Shown here piece after piece: positions 45,417 to 56,681 of a stretch of 64,000 nucleotides of DNA. The stretch spans positions 9,242 through 73,241 of the forward strand of contig JACQJD010000046.1 of NCBI GenBank assembly GCA_016198185.1, read 5' to 3'. The notes below the pieces were generated by a model, which searched no databases, had not been told where the DNA came from, and saw nothing but the letters and a program-made list of their open reading frames with translations. The DNA is from Deltaproteobacteria bacterium. GTDB taxonomy: Bacteria; Bdellovibrionota; JACOXK01; 2-02-FULL-40-11. Each line of letters begins with the position of its first letter. Position 1 is the first letter of the stretch. The translations under genes were made by a program, and so were the position numbers.

Positions 45417-46452
45417 CTATGGATTCCAAAATTAAAAGGACCATGGCTGTTGCATACACAGACCCTTCGTCATAAAGATCTAACATTTGCCAGTAAAAAT
45501 GGCCTGGCTTTGTTTGTCTCATATCTTTATAAATCCTGTCTTTCAGGGATTCAAAATAAAGTTCTTTTTTTTCTGTTTCAAAATAATGGTAGACTTGCAC
45601 CAAATAAAAATGCCTGAACAACACATTCCCTTGCAAAGAAAGAATCTCTTTAAAATGATCTTCTTGCTCTAACAGCGAGAGCGTACGCTCATGAAATTTA
45701 TTCACATTGAACTGTTGAGCCCATAAATCAATGAGGAGTCCCGCAGCTGTGATATCGAAGCTGACCTTATCGTCTTTCCCGGTAATGTGATATTGGAAGC
45801 CACCCTGATTTCGTCTGGCTCGATCCATAAAATGAATCGCTTGATCGAATGTCACTGCTGGAATTACAAAGCCATTTTTGGTAGAGGCCAATAACGCTTG
45901 AATTTGGACAATCGATACAGCAAATTCCGCTTCCCAAGCAGCAGGGGTATAATTCCATCCCCCCGAAGCATGCTGGGTTTTCACCAAAAGCCCAATGGCT
46001 TCTTTGATAGCAGTTTCAATCTGCGGATTGGGATCCATTCCATAAATTTGATTTAAAAACAGTAACGCAAACCCGTGCCCAAACATGGGCTTAATCTCAA
46101 GCTCATAATGGGTCATCACAAAAAGTCCATCAGAACGTTGGGCTGACATCAAACAGTCCGTCACGTTTTGCAAAGCTTCTCGATAAGGCCCCCGATGGGG
46201 TGTATGTCCTGCCCCTAAAATCGCAAGCCCTGCCAAAGCCGCAAAAGCAGTTGGATATTGCTTTTCCTCCCAACACCCCTGCCGATTTTGATGATCAACG
46301 AGATAGCGAATGCCGCCCTCAATGAGCTCCTGGGACGATCGTCTACTTTCATCTCCAGATGCACTTACGCTGGCTGCGTTTGCATATAAAACCACCATCG
46401 CCCCAAGGGCATAATAATAATAATATTTATAAAGCTGTTTACCCACCCCCAT
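45385..46452 (-). CDS. Prenyltransferase/squalene-oxidase-repeat (terpenoid cyclase fold) protein
   Basis: Repeated 'QxxDGGW'-like units (RQGCWEEKQY, RSDGLFV, ASGGWNYT) suggest an alpha-alpha toroid. At 355 aa it is too short for a full squalene-hopene cyclase. Confidence 0.5.
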   Translation of the reverse strand: MGVGKQLYKYYYYYALGAMVVLYANAASVSASGDESRRSSQELIEGGIRYLVDHQNRQGCWEEKQYPTAFAALAGLAILGAGHTPHRGPYREALQNVTDCLMSAQRSDGLFVMTHYELEIKPMFGHGFALLFLNQIYGMDPNPQIETAIKEAIGLLVKTQHASGGWNYTPAAWEAEFAVSIVQIQALLASTKNGFVIPAVTFDQAIHFMDRARRNQGGFQYHITGKDDKVSFDITAAGLLIDLWAQQFNVNKFHERTLSLLEQEDHFKEILSLQGNVLFRHFYLVQVYHYFETEKKELYFESLKDRIYKDMRQTKPGHFYWQMLDLYDEGSVYATAMVLLILESIDGVLPLFESL

Positions 46453-46703
46453 AACAGCTTAAAAAGTGTGCAATTTTGATACCAACACTGAAACTTCCAA
46501 TCTAGTTGAATTTACAGGATTTTTTAAATCCCAATGGTCAGCGTTATTGTAGATATTTTAAACACTGTCAATAATTAATCACTTTAACGAAGCCATGGCC
46601 ACTGAGGCTGTCCGAAAATGTTTTAATTAAAAACTCATCCAAATTTAATGTTTCGCCCTCTAGGCAATTAAAATTTATCTGATAAACTATATCAAGTATC
46701 GTT

Positions 46704-48017
46704 ATGGGTGTTTTAAAAAATCATAAGACCTTTAAAAAAACTCTTTTTTATAGCGCCATCGTGTGGATAGCTGTGGGGACGAGTTGCGCGCCGCCGAGTG
46801 CCAAAGATCCCCTTCCCACGAAATCGACTTCACAAACTTCAACACAATCGGGTTCCAGTTCTGGAAGCATTCCAACGCAATCACCCAATCCATCACAACC
46901 CATCATTACATCACCGGCACCAGATAATACGGTACCGCCCCCAAATTCTGGATCTGGAGGCGACTCTGGGTCAACTTCAGGAAGTGGTTCTGGTTCAGCA
47001 GGTAGCTCTGGCTCAGGAAGTGGTTCTGGTTCAAGTACTGGAACAGTCCTCCAAACATTTACAGGACCCCAGTATGAATTTACGTTCGGTGATTTTTATG
47101 CAAACTCTGCAGGAGTTCGAGGCGTAGATGGCAAAGAAGATTTTATCGTTATCAAAAAACATGGCACCGGTTCTCAAAAAACGGAAGTCGAAGTTTATAA
47201 TGCGGCAGTGGTATTTGCAGGCTCTGTTGTCGGGCGCCACCCCACGACCTTAGATCAAACTGGTTCAGACTATCATTTTGCATTTGGAAAATATTCAAGT
47301 GATACCAATCAAAAATATATCTATGTCGCGCACTATAAACCCAATACAGAACTTTGGATTGGCGTTCTTAAATTGGCCACTGCACAATTCGAATGGGTGC
47401 ATCCACTTACCCTGAGCAGATCTCTTTCCATACCCAATGTTCAAATTGTTAAAATTGGGACCTTAGACTACAATCAAGATGGTTACGATGATCTTTTGGT
47501 ACTCGCCAAATTTTCCAATGCCATTCAAGTTATGGTGTTTAACGCAAACGATGATTTTAAACAAATAGCAGGGGCTTTTCCATTGGTTGGAAACATAGGC
47601 TCTGCCGTTAATCTTTCAGATTATGACTTTGCAGTTTGTGATCAAAACATTGATGAGAAAAAAGATATTGTCATGTTTAAGAATTCCGGAAATGCTGCCG
47701 GGATTACGATTTTTGATGGCGCAGATTTGATTGCAAGAACATCGACGAGCAGCGGACCATCTTACCCTCGGAAACTTTCAGATGAAACACAGTTGCTCTT
47801 AGATTCTGCTTTTTCAAATTATAAATTTGGCTGTGGTCACATGGGAACAGTCACCTATTCAAGCCATCCTTTACCCATGCCCGATATTTTAGCGATCCAA
47901 ACCAAAAATACAGGCGTCGGTAAAGTAAAAATCCATCAATATAGGGGTTTGATGCGGTATTACTTATCTCGTGTCAATAACTTCGGCCTCACCACAGACC
48001 TACCAGAAATACCTTAA
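46704..48017 (+). CDS. Hypothetical lipoprotein with an S/G-rich linker
   Basis: ...AVGTSCAPPSAKDPLPTKSTSQ... followed by a long SGSGS tract; possible FG-GAP-like repeats (LDYNQDGYDDLLV). Confidence 0.45.
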   Translation: MGVLKNHKTFKKTLFYSAIVWIAVGTSCAPPSAKDPLPTKSTSQTSTQSGSSSGSIPTQSPNPSQPIITSPAPDNTVPPPNSGSGGDSGSTSGSGSGSAGSSGSGSGSGSSTGTVLQTFTGPQYEFTFGDFYANSAGVRGVDGKEDFIVIKKHGTGSQKTEVEVYNAAVVFAGSVVGRHPTTLDQTGSDYHFAFGKYSSDTNQKYIYVAHYKPNTELWIGVLKLATAQFEWVHPLTLSRSLSIPNVQIVKIGTLDYNQDGYDDLLVLAKFSNAIQVMVFNANDDFKQIAGAFPLVGNIGSAVNLSDYDFAVCDQNIDEKKDIVMFKNSGNAAGITIFDGADLIARTSTSSGPSYPRKLSDETQLLLDSAFSNYKFGCGHMGTVTYSSHPLPMPDILAIQTKNTGVGKVKIHQYRGLMRYYLSRVNNFGLTTDLPEIP

Positions 48018-48020
48018 GGA

Positions 48021-49172
48021 CTATTTTTGAACCATAGCGATATCAACCAACCCTTTTTTTCCTTCGGCCAACTGCGGATTTTCGAGAAGCTGGTCTTGGT
48101 CATTTCGTAAAGAATTTGCTTGGATCGCATAATCAAAAACTTCTTTCCAACTTAATTGTTGATCTTCATTAAAATCTGCCTGAGCTTCCATGCCTTCCGG
48201 AGTAAACCCTCTTAAAGCTGATATCCCATGGTAAGCAAATTCGTCATAAGACCCAATCCCCTGACATTCAGAATCGCACGCCAATGACGTTTTATCTGCC
48301 GCAGCGGCGGAAATTACAAGTGTTCTTTCATCTAAAAGATCGTCGATAAAGCCACCCCCATAACAGGTTTGAAGCCAAATAACCTTTTGGGCGGGAATAG
48401 ATTTTAACCACAAGGCCAGTTCTTGATCCAAAAGGTGTTCCCCTTTCCATAAACAGATTTGACTATGCTCGCCACACCTTTGCCCATGATCCGTCACAAA
48501 AACAAACAGCGTATCTTCACCGCTTAAATTTGAAAATTGAGAAAATACAGGCTTCATCTCTTCTTGAACAGCAGCCCCACGCACATCGCTCTGCCCATCT
48601 AAATCCAAATCGATTGGGGAACTCACTTGTAAAGACGCTTCTTCTAAGTAGACCGGCCCAGATCGATATCGTTTCGAAGACATAACGCCTGTCACAGAAG
48701 GCCCGACCACAATCTGATGAGAACGCGTCACGCGTTTATAAACCATGTCAACTTCGGCATCAGCGCCATCTGCATTAAACACAAAAATCTGGGAGGCCGG
48801 AACCTGTAGAGAACGAAGGGTGGTATACATCCAAGAAAGATTGTTCCAAAACCGAAAATGATTGTCGTAAAGATTAAATCCACCATTCACCAACACGGCA
48901 TAGAATTTTCCCGGTTGAAGCAAACGATGCCGCCCCTCATTTAAATATTTCAAATGAGGATGAACCTCTTCTTCTAATGACCCCAACAATACTTCAATCC
49001 CTCGCTTTGTAAGAATATCGTCATATAAAGAAGAAACCGGATTTGCATAGACAGAATTGAAAAATAAGACCGCTTCTACGCTCATGCCCATTAACAACAA
49101 GGAAATAGCTTTGATACATGCATGGAACAAAAACTTTTCACCCCAAAATACCTTCACACACCTCCCGTTCAT
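48021..49172 (-). CDS. Peptidase C13 (legumain-like) family cysteine peptidase
   Basis: 'FYAVLVNGGFNLYDNHFRFWNNLSWMY' resembles legumain 'WAVLVAGSNGYYNYRHQAD'. His in 'FVFVTDHGQ' and Cys in 'WLQTCYGGGF' give the C13 catalytic dyad spacing. Confidence 0.6.
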   Translation of the reverse strand: MNGRCVKVFWGEKFLFHACIKAISLLLMGMSVEAVLFFNSVYANPVSSLYDDILTKRGIEVLLGSLEEEVHPHLKYLNEGRHRLLQPGKFYAVLVNGGFNLYDNHFRFWNNLSWMYTTLRSLQVPASQIFVFNADGADAEVDMVYKRVTRSHQIVVGPSVTGVMSSKRYRSGPVYLEEASLQVSSPIDLDLDGQSDVRGAAVQEEMKPVFSQFSNLSGEDTLFVFVTDHGQRCGEHSQICLWKGEHLLDQELALWLKSIPAQKVIWLQTCYGGGFIDDLLDERTLVISAAAADKTSLACDSECQGIGSYDEFAYHGISALRGFTPEGMEAQADFNEDQQLSWKEVFDYAIQANSLRNDQDQLLENPQLAEGKKGLVDIAMVQK

Positions 49173-49189
49173 AAATTGTAAGCAACTTT

Positions 49190-50194
49190 TTAGGGCGTCA
49201 CAATCCGTCGTAAACCTGTTCTAAGGGCTCTTATAAAAAAGGGTTTGGCCGCATTTGCACTGATCACCCCAGTTTGCCCCAGAGATGCAAGCACCGTTGG
49301 ATCCATCAAATAAGTGGGGTCAATCCTTTCTGCCACGGACGCATTAATACGATGATAAATGACCATCAGATGAAGCCCCCCCTCTTCTTGTTCCATTGCT
49401 CCCGTTAATTCATCGGCAATATCCTCTATGGCCCATCCAATTTGCTTAACCTCTGCGTCATCGAGTGCTCGTGTCTTAAAGCCAATCACTTTGTCTCCAC
49501 TGCTATCTTCTCTCGCCAATACTTCTATTTCTTCAGGCGGAGCTTCAGCAGATCCCCAGGCCTCAGTCAAAACCGACATAGCCCTTGTTTCAAATGCTCC
49601 CATAATCTCGTTCAAATCTGCACCCCAAGAACGTGCTGTTGTTTCAAATTGATCTTGATCAACTTCAGACAATGTTTCTTGTATTTTGACTTCAGGAGAA
49701 ACCTTAAGATCTTCTCCTTGTGGAAATACCGATTTTTCTGATACGAGTCGATGCCCATCACCCTCTTCTTTAATCTTTCCTTTCCCAAAAATATCTTTTC
49801 CGCCAACAGATGCATTAAATTCCCATGACGCCCAAGATCCATTTTCAAATCTTAATTCACCTGTAAATTCATCGTCCGAAGGATCCACCATCCGGAATGT
49901 AGTTCCTTCCTGTTGGGCCAATGACACACATCCGATATGCAGATGATGGGTTAGGCCTACTCTCATCCTTTGTATAGATACCAATCGAACTGTCCTATCT
50001 TCAGGATTAACCATTCGCATAACCAAGGCTTCTGCTTGCACACGTCTCAGACTCATGTGAATTTCGGCTGTCCCTTGATAATACTCAATCAAAACTTGGG
50101 CTTGAAGAGGTGATGATTTAAAAAAACAAATCCAGAAAAAAAAGGCTGCCGCAATGTGGAAAAAATTTTTATAATTACAAAACACTAACAACAC
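49190..50194 (-). CDS. Hypothetical secreted protein
   Basis: N-terminal hydrophobic signal ...FFWICFFKSSPLQAQV. Confidence 0.4.
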   Translation of the reverse strand: MLLVFCNYKNFFHIAAAFFFWICFFKSSPLQAQVLIEYYQGTAEIHMSLRRVQAEALVMRMVNPEDRTVRLVSIQRMRVGLTHHLHIGCVSLAQQEGTTFRMVDPSDDEFTGELRFENGSWASWEFNASVGGKDIFGKGKIKEEGDGHRLVSEKSVFPQGEDLKVSPEVKIQETLSEVDQDQFETTARSWGADLNEIMGAFETRAMSVLTEAWGSAEAPPEEIEVLAREDSSGDKVIGFKTRALDDAEVKQIGWAIEDIADELTGAMEQEEGGLHLMVIYHRINASVAERIDPTYLMDPTVLASLGQTGVISANAAKPFFIRALRTGLRRIVTP

Positions 50195-50282
50195 TTATGG
50201 CTTTAGTAACGCAACAGGAAATTGTAAGCAAGAATATTTTAATTGAAACAAATCTTATCTTTTCATTTTAGAAATCTTTTCC

Positions 50283-50372
50283 CCTTATCCTAAAGATCTT
50301 CTCTCCAGGGAGTTGGAACGAGGAGTCTATATTTCCAACTCCCTGGAGAGAAGATCTTTAGGATAAGGGGAC
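50283..50372. repeat. Perfect 38-bp inverted repeat in a divergent promoter region
   Basis: ccccttatcctaaagatcttctctccagggagttggaa ... ttccaactccctggagagaagatctttaggataagggg, with a 14-nt loop. Confidence 0.6.
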
Positions 50373-50491
50373 TTGAAATCATGAAAACGCATAATCATAT
50401 AAGCCATTGATATTATTATATTTTTTATAATCCATTTAGAACTGTTTTTTTTTAAAATCATTTCAGGTATTCTATTATATAAGGCGTCGTT

Positions 50492-51559
50492 ATGAAAAAT
50501 AATTTTAAATTAGGAGTTAAAAGTACGTTCACGTTTTTTTGTTTCGGTATCGCCATGATCATTTCTCAAAATATTTTTGGCGAACCCGAATTGCCCGTTT
50601 TTTTATGTAAAACAACGAACTTGACCGATGACGAATGGGGGAGGGGCTATTTGGTTATTACCCCCACTTCCTTACCCAAAAAAAATCTTGAGTCAGCACC
50701 TTTTTATTTTAAAAATACAGTAACGCCGGGCATTACCCTAGACGAAAAAAAATTATTTCATGATTTAAGAAATGCCCTTTCCAATGAGCAAACCTTTGAA
50801 ATACAATTTTATAAAAAATTTGAACCGCCTGGGCGAAGGCTCATCCAGAGACGCCCCCTACAACACACACAAGATTTATCCCAAATCACCCCTCATGGAA
50901 AGAGATCGTTTTTTGTATTTCCATTAACAACGTCTCAAGAAATGGCTGCACAACAAATTGAATATTCTCCGAATCCTCAAGACCTGATTTATCAGGTGGC
51001 CATGACAGATTTAAAATACCCTGAGGAAGAACGCCAGCTCAAGTTGGAAAGATCCATTAAAACTTTCCATCCCAGCTCTCTTTCTCTAGATGAGATTAGG
51101 CGCGTTTCCAAACCATTTCCAGGAGATCCGCTAGAGCCAGAAGTCATAAGCCCGTCTTATCAAATGAAGACCACGAATTGGAAATCTGTCGACCACATTA
51201 ATACTTGTTACACCCTGCCTAGAAATTACGATGAAAAAACATTGGAATACGCTTTGATGATGGCTGAAGAATTACCCAAACTCAAAAAAGATGACTCCCC
51301 TTACGAATATCTGTGGGAATGTGCTATTCCTAAAATTCGAGAATCCCAAGAAGTTCAAGATGCTTATGCTTGCCAATTTATATCAAATTTAGCGATAGAA
51401 AAATCTCAACAAACAATGGTGTGCCAACAACGATTTTCTGAGCTTTCTCGATTTCATTTTGGAATCTACCGCGAGTTAACCGGCCCCGAAATAAAACGCT
51501 GCGCCCAAATAAAGCATGAACTCGAAACCCAGCCGGCAGTATCTTTACGTTGCCAATAG
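50492..51559 (+). CDS. Hypothetical secreted protein
   Basis: The N-terminal TM/signal FFCFGIAMIISQNIFG precedes a 355-aa protein with no recognised motif. Confidence 0.4.
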   Translation: MKNNFKLGVKSTFTFFCFGIAMIISQNIFGEPELPVFLCKTTNLTDDEWGRGYLVITPTSLPKKNLESAPFYFKNTVTPGITLDEKKLFHDLRNALSNEQTFEIQFYKKFEPPGRRLIQRRPLQHTQDLSQITPHGKRSFFVFPLTTSQEMAAQQIEYSPNPQDLIYQVAMTDLKYPEEERQLKLERSIKTFHPSSLSLDEIRRVSKPFPGDPLEPEVISPSYQMKTTNWKSVDHINTCYTLPRNYDEKTLEYALMMAEELPKLKKDDSPYEYLWECAIPKIRESQEVQDAYACQFISNLAIEKSQQTMVCQQRFSELSRFHFGIYRELTGPEIKRCAQIKHELETQPAVSLRCQ

Positions 51560-51594
51560 AAGTCATATTTATTATAAATGCGCAAATATGTATT

Positions 51595-51672
51595 AGGCGG
51601 GTAGCTCAGCCATAGGGCGTGCTTGCCACGCCCGTTAGAATCGAATGTACCAACTGAGCCAACGATGTGAGA
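51595..51672 (+). other. Pseudo-tRNA: tandem duplicate of the tRNA-Val promoter plus first 16 nt, then unrelated sequence
   Basis: ...tattataaa...gtattaggcgggtagctcag is duplicated 127 bp upstream of the intact gene. The downstream part does not fold as a tRNA, and the opposite strand carries a D-arm-like 'ggctcagttggta'. Confidence 0.45.
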
Positions 51673-51724
51673 AGTAATGATTGAGATGCTACACCATATT
51701 TATTATAAACTTTGATCGTGTATT

Positions 51725-51797
51725 AGGCGGGTAGCTCAGTTGGTAGAGCTTCGCCCTTACAAGGCGGAGGTCGCAGGTTCGAGTCCTGTCCCGCCTA
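51725..51797 (+). tRNA. tRNA-Val (TAC)
   Basis: AGGCGGGTAGCTCAGTTGGTAGAGCTTCGCCCTTACAAGGCGGAGGTCGCAGGTTCGAGTCCTGTCCCGCCTA forms a cloverleaf with anticodon loop CTTACAA. CCA is not encoded. Confidence 0.85.
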
Positions 51798-51841
51798 TTT
51801 TTTGAAAAAAAATAGGCCTTATAAAAAGGGCCACACCCTAT

Positions 51842-52207
51842 ATGTTACGGTTTTTTTTAAAATCTAAAATTCACCATGCAACTGTCACCGAGGTCGATCC
51901 CCATTATGAAGGATCGATTGGCATAGACCAAGCACTCCTTGAATCTGCAGATATTCTGCCTTCTGAAAAAGTAGATATTTATAACATTACCAATGGCGCG
52001 CGTTTTTCAACCTATGCTATCCCCTTACAACCCCTTTCTGGAAAAATTTCACTCAACGGTGCTGCCGCACGACTTTGTTTACCCGGGGACCTCATTATCA
52101 TTGCAAGTTACGCCCTGCTCTCTGAAGCTGAATTCCAAAAACATACTCCCAAAGTCATCCTCTTAGACGCTAAAAATTGTAAATTATCTGAAAAATTAGC
52201 TTTCTAA
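51842..52207 (+). CDS. panD: Aspartate 1-decarboxylase
   Basis: 'KIHHATVTEVDPHYEGSIGIDQALLE...NGARFSTYAI...NGAAARL' aligns closely to PanD, including the Gly-Ser self-cleavage site context. Confidence 0.85.
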   Translation: MLRFFLKSKIHHATVTEVDPHYEGSIGIDQALLESADILPSEKVDIYNITNGARFSTYAIPLQPLSGKISLNGAAARLCLPGDLIIIASYALLSEAEFQKHTPKVILLDAKNCKLSEKLAF

Positions 52208-52247
52208 AATGTAGTTTTTCTACCAAAAAAGTGAGAAAAATAATAGG

Positions 52248-54677
52248 TCAGGCGGTGCCACTCACATGGGCGCGGGTCAGATAAAATGGCTTTTTATAGG
52301 TTTTCCCGGAAACTTTTTTGTCGATTGAAAATAAACTTTCAGGGTGTTTTAAATCCAGAGCTCGTTTTAAAACCTCATCCATGTGATCCACGGGAATGAC
52401 TTTGAGCTTCTTTAAAACCTTACTCGGAACATCTTTCAAATCCTTCTCATTTTCTTTGGGAATCAACACCGTTTCAATACCACTGCGATAGGCCGCCAAC
52501 ATTTTTTCCTTGAGCCCCCCGATGGCCAGCACCCGGCCCCGCAACGTTACTTCCCCTGTCATCGCCACCGTTTTTCGAACAGGAACCCGAATGAGCGCAG
52601 ACGTTAAACTGGTTGCCATCGTAACCCCCGCCGAAGGACCGTCTTTGGGAATGGCGCCTTCGGGCACATGAATATGAATGTCTACTTGTTGATAAAAATC
52701 TCTCGCCAACCCCAGCATTTCTCCTCGAGAACGAACATAGCTTAACGCCGCTCTGGCAGACTCTTTCATGACGTCTCCCAACTGTCCGGTAATGGTAAGG
52801 CTTCCTTTTCCTGGCATAATGGCACATTCCACCGCCAATAATTCTCCACCCATTTCCGTCCAAGCCAACCCATTCGTCAACCCAATTTCGTGAATTTCCT
52901 CAAGTTGAACGGGCATATATTTTTCCACACCCAACAATTCTTTCACCGTTTTTTCAGAAACCAAAACAGCTTCTTTTTTCTTTTGTTGGTTTTCTACTAT
53001 TTTTTTCGCAAGTTTTCTAAAAATGGTGGAAATCTCTCGCTCTAAGTTTCGAACTCCCGCTTCTTTGGTATACCGATGAATGATGTACAAAATGGCTTCA
53101 TCTTGAAAGGTGATGGGGTAGTCTTTCAGCCCATGCATCGACTTTTGTTTGAGCACTAAAAATTGTTTGCTGATGTGAAGCTTTTCTTCATCCGTATAGC
53201 CTGGAAGTCGAATGACTTCCATTCGATCCAAGAGCGGACGTGGAATATTGTGAAGCGTATTGGCTGTCGCAATAAAGAGCACTTTGGATAAGTCGTAGTC
53301 TACTTCTAAATAATGATCTGAAAACGTTGAGTTCTGCTCTGGATCTAATACTTCAAGCAGCGCTGCTGCTGGATCTCCTCGGAAATCCATGGCCATCTTA
53401 TCCACTTCATCCAACAGAAAGACAGGGTTTGAAGAGCCTGCTTTTTTAATCGATTGAACGATTTTACCGGGTAAAGACCCAATGTAGGTTCGGCGATGCC
53501 CTCTGATTTCAGCTTCATCGCGTACCCCTCCCAGTGAAGATCGCACAAAATTTCTTCCCAAGGCTCTGGCAATGGACCGCGCCAAAGAGGTTTTTCCCAC
53601 TCCCGGAGGCCCCACAAAACACACAATCGGCCCACAAATTTTTTGAGACAACGTTTGAACCGCAATGTGTTCTAAAATTCGATCTTTAATGGCTCCCAAC
53701 CCATAATGATCCTCATCCAACACTTTTTGTGCTTGATGAATATCTGTATTGTCCGTTGTATAGCAACCCCATGGCAATGAAATCACCCAATCCACATAAT
53801 TTCGAATCACTGTCGCCTCGGCAGACATCGGAGACATCATTTTTAATTTTCGAAGTTCTTTTTTTATTTTTTTAGCGGCTTCTTCTGATAATTTTTTCTT
53901 TTTAATCGTTTTTTCAATGTCCTGAATTTCAGCCCGAAACTCATCACGCTCACCCAATTCTTTTTGAATCGCATGCATTTGTTCGTTCAAATAATACTCT
54001 TTTTGGGACTTCTCCATTTGCTTTTTCACGCGCGTGCGAATCTTTTTTTCGATTTGTAAAATTTCAATTTCTTTTTGAATAACGCGAAGCAGCTCTTCCA
54101 AACGAACCTTGGCATCTGTGATCTCAAGCATTCTTTGTTTTTCTTCTATTTTAAGAGGAATGTGCGCCGCAATCGTATCTGAAAGCTTGGCACCGGACTC
54201 AATGGAAGTCACTGTCATCAGAATTTCAGGTGGAATTTTTTTATTAAGCTGAACGTAACTTTCAAAAGCTTCTTTAATACTTCGAATTAAGGCTTCAGAT
54301 TCACGATTTTTTTCTTCGGTTTCGGTCAGAGGTTCTACCAACGCTTCATAAAATCGCCCTTCTTTTTTAAATTGCAAGAGCCGAACGCGTTTTCTTCCTT
54401 CAATGAGCACCTTAACGGTACCATCGGGAAGCCTCAAGAGTTGAATAATCGCCCCCAAAACCCCGATCCGATACACATCTTCTTCGGTTGGGTCATTGGT
54501 TTTGGCTTGTTTTTGCGCAATGAGCAAAATATCTTTCTTTTGCCCAAGCGCTTCTTCCAACGCGTTAATCGATTTTTCACGCCCCACAAACAAGGGAACA
54601 ATCATATGCGGAAATACAATAATGTCCCGCAAGGGCAGCAGTGGCACAATTAATTTTTTTTCTGACGCATCTGCCAT
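52248..54677 (-). CDS. lon: ATP-dependent Lon protease
   Basis: Walker A 'GPPGVGKTS', the Lon N-domain, and the C-terminal protease domain with '[13 protein letters not shown]'; 809 aa. Confidence 0.95.
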   Translation of the reverse strand: MADASEKKLIVPLLPLRDIIVFPHMIVPLFVGREKSINALEEALGQKKDILLIAQKQAKTNDPTEEDVYRIGVLGAIIQLLRLPDGTVKVLIEGRKRVRLLQFKKEGRFYEALVEPLTETEEKNRESEALIRSIKEAFESYVQLNKKIPPEILMTVTSIESGAKLSDTIAAHIPLKIEEKQRMLEITDAKVRLEELLRVIQKEIEILQIEKKIRTRVKKQMEKSQKEYYLNEQMHAIQKELGERDEFRAEIQDIEKTIKKKKLSEEAAKKIKKELRKLKMMSPMSAEATVIRNYVDWVISLPWGCYTTDNTDIHQAQKVLDEDHYGLGAIKDRILEHIAVQTLSQKICGPIVCFVGPPGVGKTSLARSIARALGRNFVRSSLGGVRDEAEIRGHRRTYIGSLPGKIVQSIKKAGSSNPVFLLDEVDKMAMDFRGDPAAALLEVLDPEQNSTFSDHYLEVDYDLSKVLFIATANTLHNIPRPLLDRMEVIRLPGYTDEEKLHISKQFLVLKQKSMHGLKDYPITFQDEAILYIIHRYTKEAGVRNLEREISTIFRKLAKKIVENQQKKKEAVLVSEKTVKELLGVEKYMPVQLEEIHEIGLTNGLAWTEMGGELLAVECAIMPGKGSLTITGQLGDVMKESARAALSYVRSRGEMLGLARDFYQQVDIHIHVPEGAIPKDGPSAGVTMATSLTSALIRVPVRKTVAMTGEVTLRGRVLAIGGLKEKMLAAYRSGIETVLIPKENEKDLKDVPSKVLKKLKVIPVDHMDEVLKRALDLKHPESLFSIDKKVSGKTYKKPFYLTRAHVSGTA

Positions 54678-55996
54678 TAGGCATTCTCCGCTTTCTTCAA
54701 TATCTTTTTAGGGGTCTCCTCTTCTTTTTCCGTTGGACCCACCTCTGATTCCGCTCCGCTATAAATTAACAAGGGCCTTTCATGTTTTAAAACCACATCT
54801 TCACTGATCACACATTCACTTACTTCTTTTAAGGAAGGTAATTCATACATCACTTCCATCATCGCCTGTTCTAAAATCGCACGCAACCCTCTGGCACCTG
54901 TCTTTCTTTTCAATGCTTCTTTGGCAATGGCACTTAACCCAGACTCCGTAAACTTCAGTTTCACATTCTCAAACTCAAACAACTTGGCATATTGTTTGGT
55001 GAGCGCATTGCGAGGGGTTACCAAAATTTCAATTAACGCCTCCTGCGATAGCTCATGAAGCGCTGCAATAATGGGAACGCGCCCTACAAATTCTGGAATC
55101 ATCCCATACTTTAACAAATCTTCGGGTTGCACACTTTGAAGGGCATCCGATAACCTTTTTTCAGATTTCGGACGAACTTCCGCGCCAATACCCATCATGC
55201 GAGAGTCCAAGCGACTTTCAATGATTTTTTCCAATCCCACAAAAGCGCCCCCACAAATAAAGAGAATATTGGTGGTATCGACTTGTAAAAATTCTTGCTG
55301 GGGATGTTTCCGCCCCCCTTTGGGTGGAATGTTGGCCATGGTTCCTTCCATGAGCTTTAAGAGAGCTTGCTGAACGCCTTCTCCCGAAACGTCTCTTGTA
55401 ATAGAAGGATTTTCACCTTTACGCGCAATTTTGTCGATCTCATCAATGTAGACAATACCCTTTTGTGCTCTTTCGACGTCAAATTCTGCATTCTGCAACA
55501 GATATAAAATAATATTTTCGACATCTTCTCCAACATACCCTGCTTCGGTGAGCGTCGTTGAATCCACCATGGTAAAAGGAACTTTCAAAACTTTCGCCAA
55601 GGTTTGGGCCAGTAAGGTTTTTCCACAGCCGGTTGGCCCTAACAGTAAAATATTGCTTTTTTGAAGCTCGACATCACTTTGTTTTTTACTGTTGATTCGC
55701 TTGTAATGATTGTAAACCGCAACCGAAAGAATTTTTTTGGCCTGCTCTTGGCCAATCACATACTCATCTAAAATGGCTTTAATCTCAGCTGGCTTTGGAA
55801 GATTTTTAAGGGCAACGCCTGCTTCTTCCTTGGTGCCTTCTTCTGCAATGATGTCATTACACAGATCTATACACTCGTCACAAATGTAAACGGTCGGCCC
55901 GGCAATCAATTTTTTAACTTCTTTTTGGCTCTTGCCGCAAAAAGAACAATAAAGATTTCCGAATTCGTCTCCTCGTCTTCCACCTGTATGTGACAT
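54677..55996 (-). CDS. clpX: ATP-dependent Clp protease ATP-binding subunit ClpX
   Basis: N-terminal zinc-binding '[27 protein letters not shown]', Walker A '[11 protein letters not shown]' and 'IGF' loop region. Confidence 0.95.
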   Translation of the reverse strand: MSHTGGRRGDEFGNLYCSFCGKSQKEVKKLIAGPTVYICDECIDLCNDIIAEEGTKEEAGVALKNLPKPAEIKAILDEYVIGQEQAKKILSVAVYNHYKRINSKKQSDVELQKSNILLLGPTGCGKTLLAQTLAKVLKVPFTMVDSTTLTEAGYVGEDVENIILYLLQNAEFDVERAQKGIVYIDEIDKIARKGENPSITRDVSGEGVQQALLKLMEGTMANIPPKGGRKHPQQEFLQVDTTNILFICGGAFVGLEKIIESRLDSRMMGIGAEVRPKSEKRLSDALQSVQPEDLLKYGMIPEFVGRVPIIAALHELSQEALIEILVTPRNALTKQYAKLFEFENVKLKFTESGLSAIAKEALKRKTGARGLRAILEQAMMEVMYELPSLKEVSECVISEDVVLKHERPLLIYSGAESEVGPTEKEEETPKKILKKAENA

Positions 55997-56026
55997 GAAG
56001 GTCGCCTCCGTTCCGAACTTCGTTTA

Positions 56027-56626
56027 TTACTTTTGTACTTTAATTTTTCGAAGCTCAATTTTATGATCGATTAAGCCATACTTTACAGCATCTTCACTTG
56101 ACATATAATAATCACGATCGGTATCTTTTTCAATGGTCTTAATGCTCTGCCCTGTGTGCGATACCAAAATGTCATTGAGCTTTTTTCGAAGCAATAAAAT
56201 TTCTTTCGTTTGAATTTCAATGTCTGCCGCTTGCCCCTGAAAGCCTCCCATGGGTTGATGAATCATCATCCGCGCATGCGGCATCGCAAACCGCTTTCCT
56301 TTAGAACCTGCTGCAAGTAATAACGCCCCCATGCTGGCCGCAAGCCCCAGACAATACGTCGCAACATCCGGCTTAATATATTGTAAGGTATCGTAAATCG
56401 CGAGCCCCGCCGTCACACTCCCCCCAGGAGAGTTAATATAAAAACTAATGTCTTTTTCAGGATCTTCCGCTTCCAAAAATAAAAGTTGGGCAATAATTAA
56501 ATTGGCAATTTCATCATTGACCGGCGATCCTAAAAAAATGATTCGGTCTTTGAGCAAACGAGAGTAAATATCATAAGCTCGCTCGCCTCGGTTCGATTGT
56601 TCAATAACGATGGGAATCAGTGGCAT
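56027..56626 (-). CDS. clpP: ATP-dependent Clp protease proteolytic subunit
   Basis: Catalytic Ser in 'GLAASMGA', plus His/Asp context; 199 aa. Confidence 0.95.
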   Translation of the reverse strand: MPLIPIVIEQSNRGERAYDIYSRLLKDRIIFLGSPVNDEIANLIIAQLLFLEAEDPEKDISFYINSPGGSVTAGLAIYDTLQYIKPDVATYCLGLAASMGALLLAAGSKGKRFAMPHARMMIHQPMGGFQGQAADIEIQTKEILLLRKKLNDILVSHTGQSIKTIEKDTDRDYYMSSEDAVKYGLIDHKIELRKIKVQK

Positions 56627-56681
56627 ATATAAAAGTATAAGAAATAATATTGTTTACTTCAACTCTTTTTAAGTGTGGGGG

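Noticed and set aside
51595-51672. A second functional tRNA upstream of tRNA-Val
   Set aside because: Only the first 16 nt match tRNA-Val, and the remainder cannot be folded into a cloverleaf on either strand.
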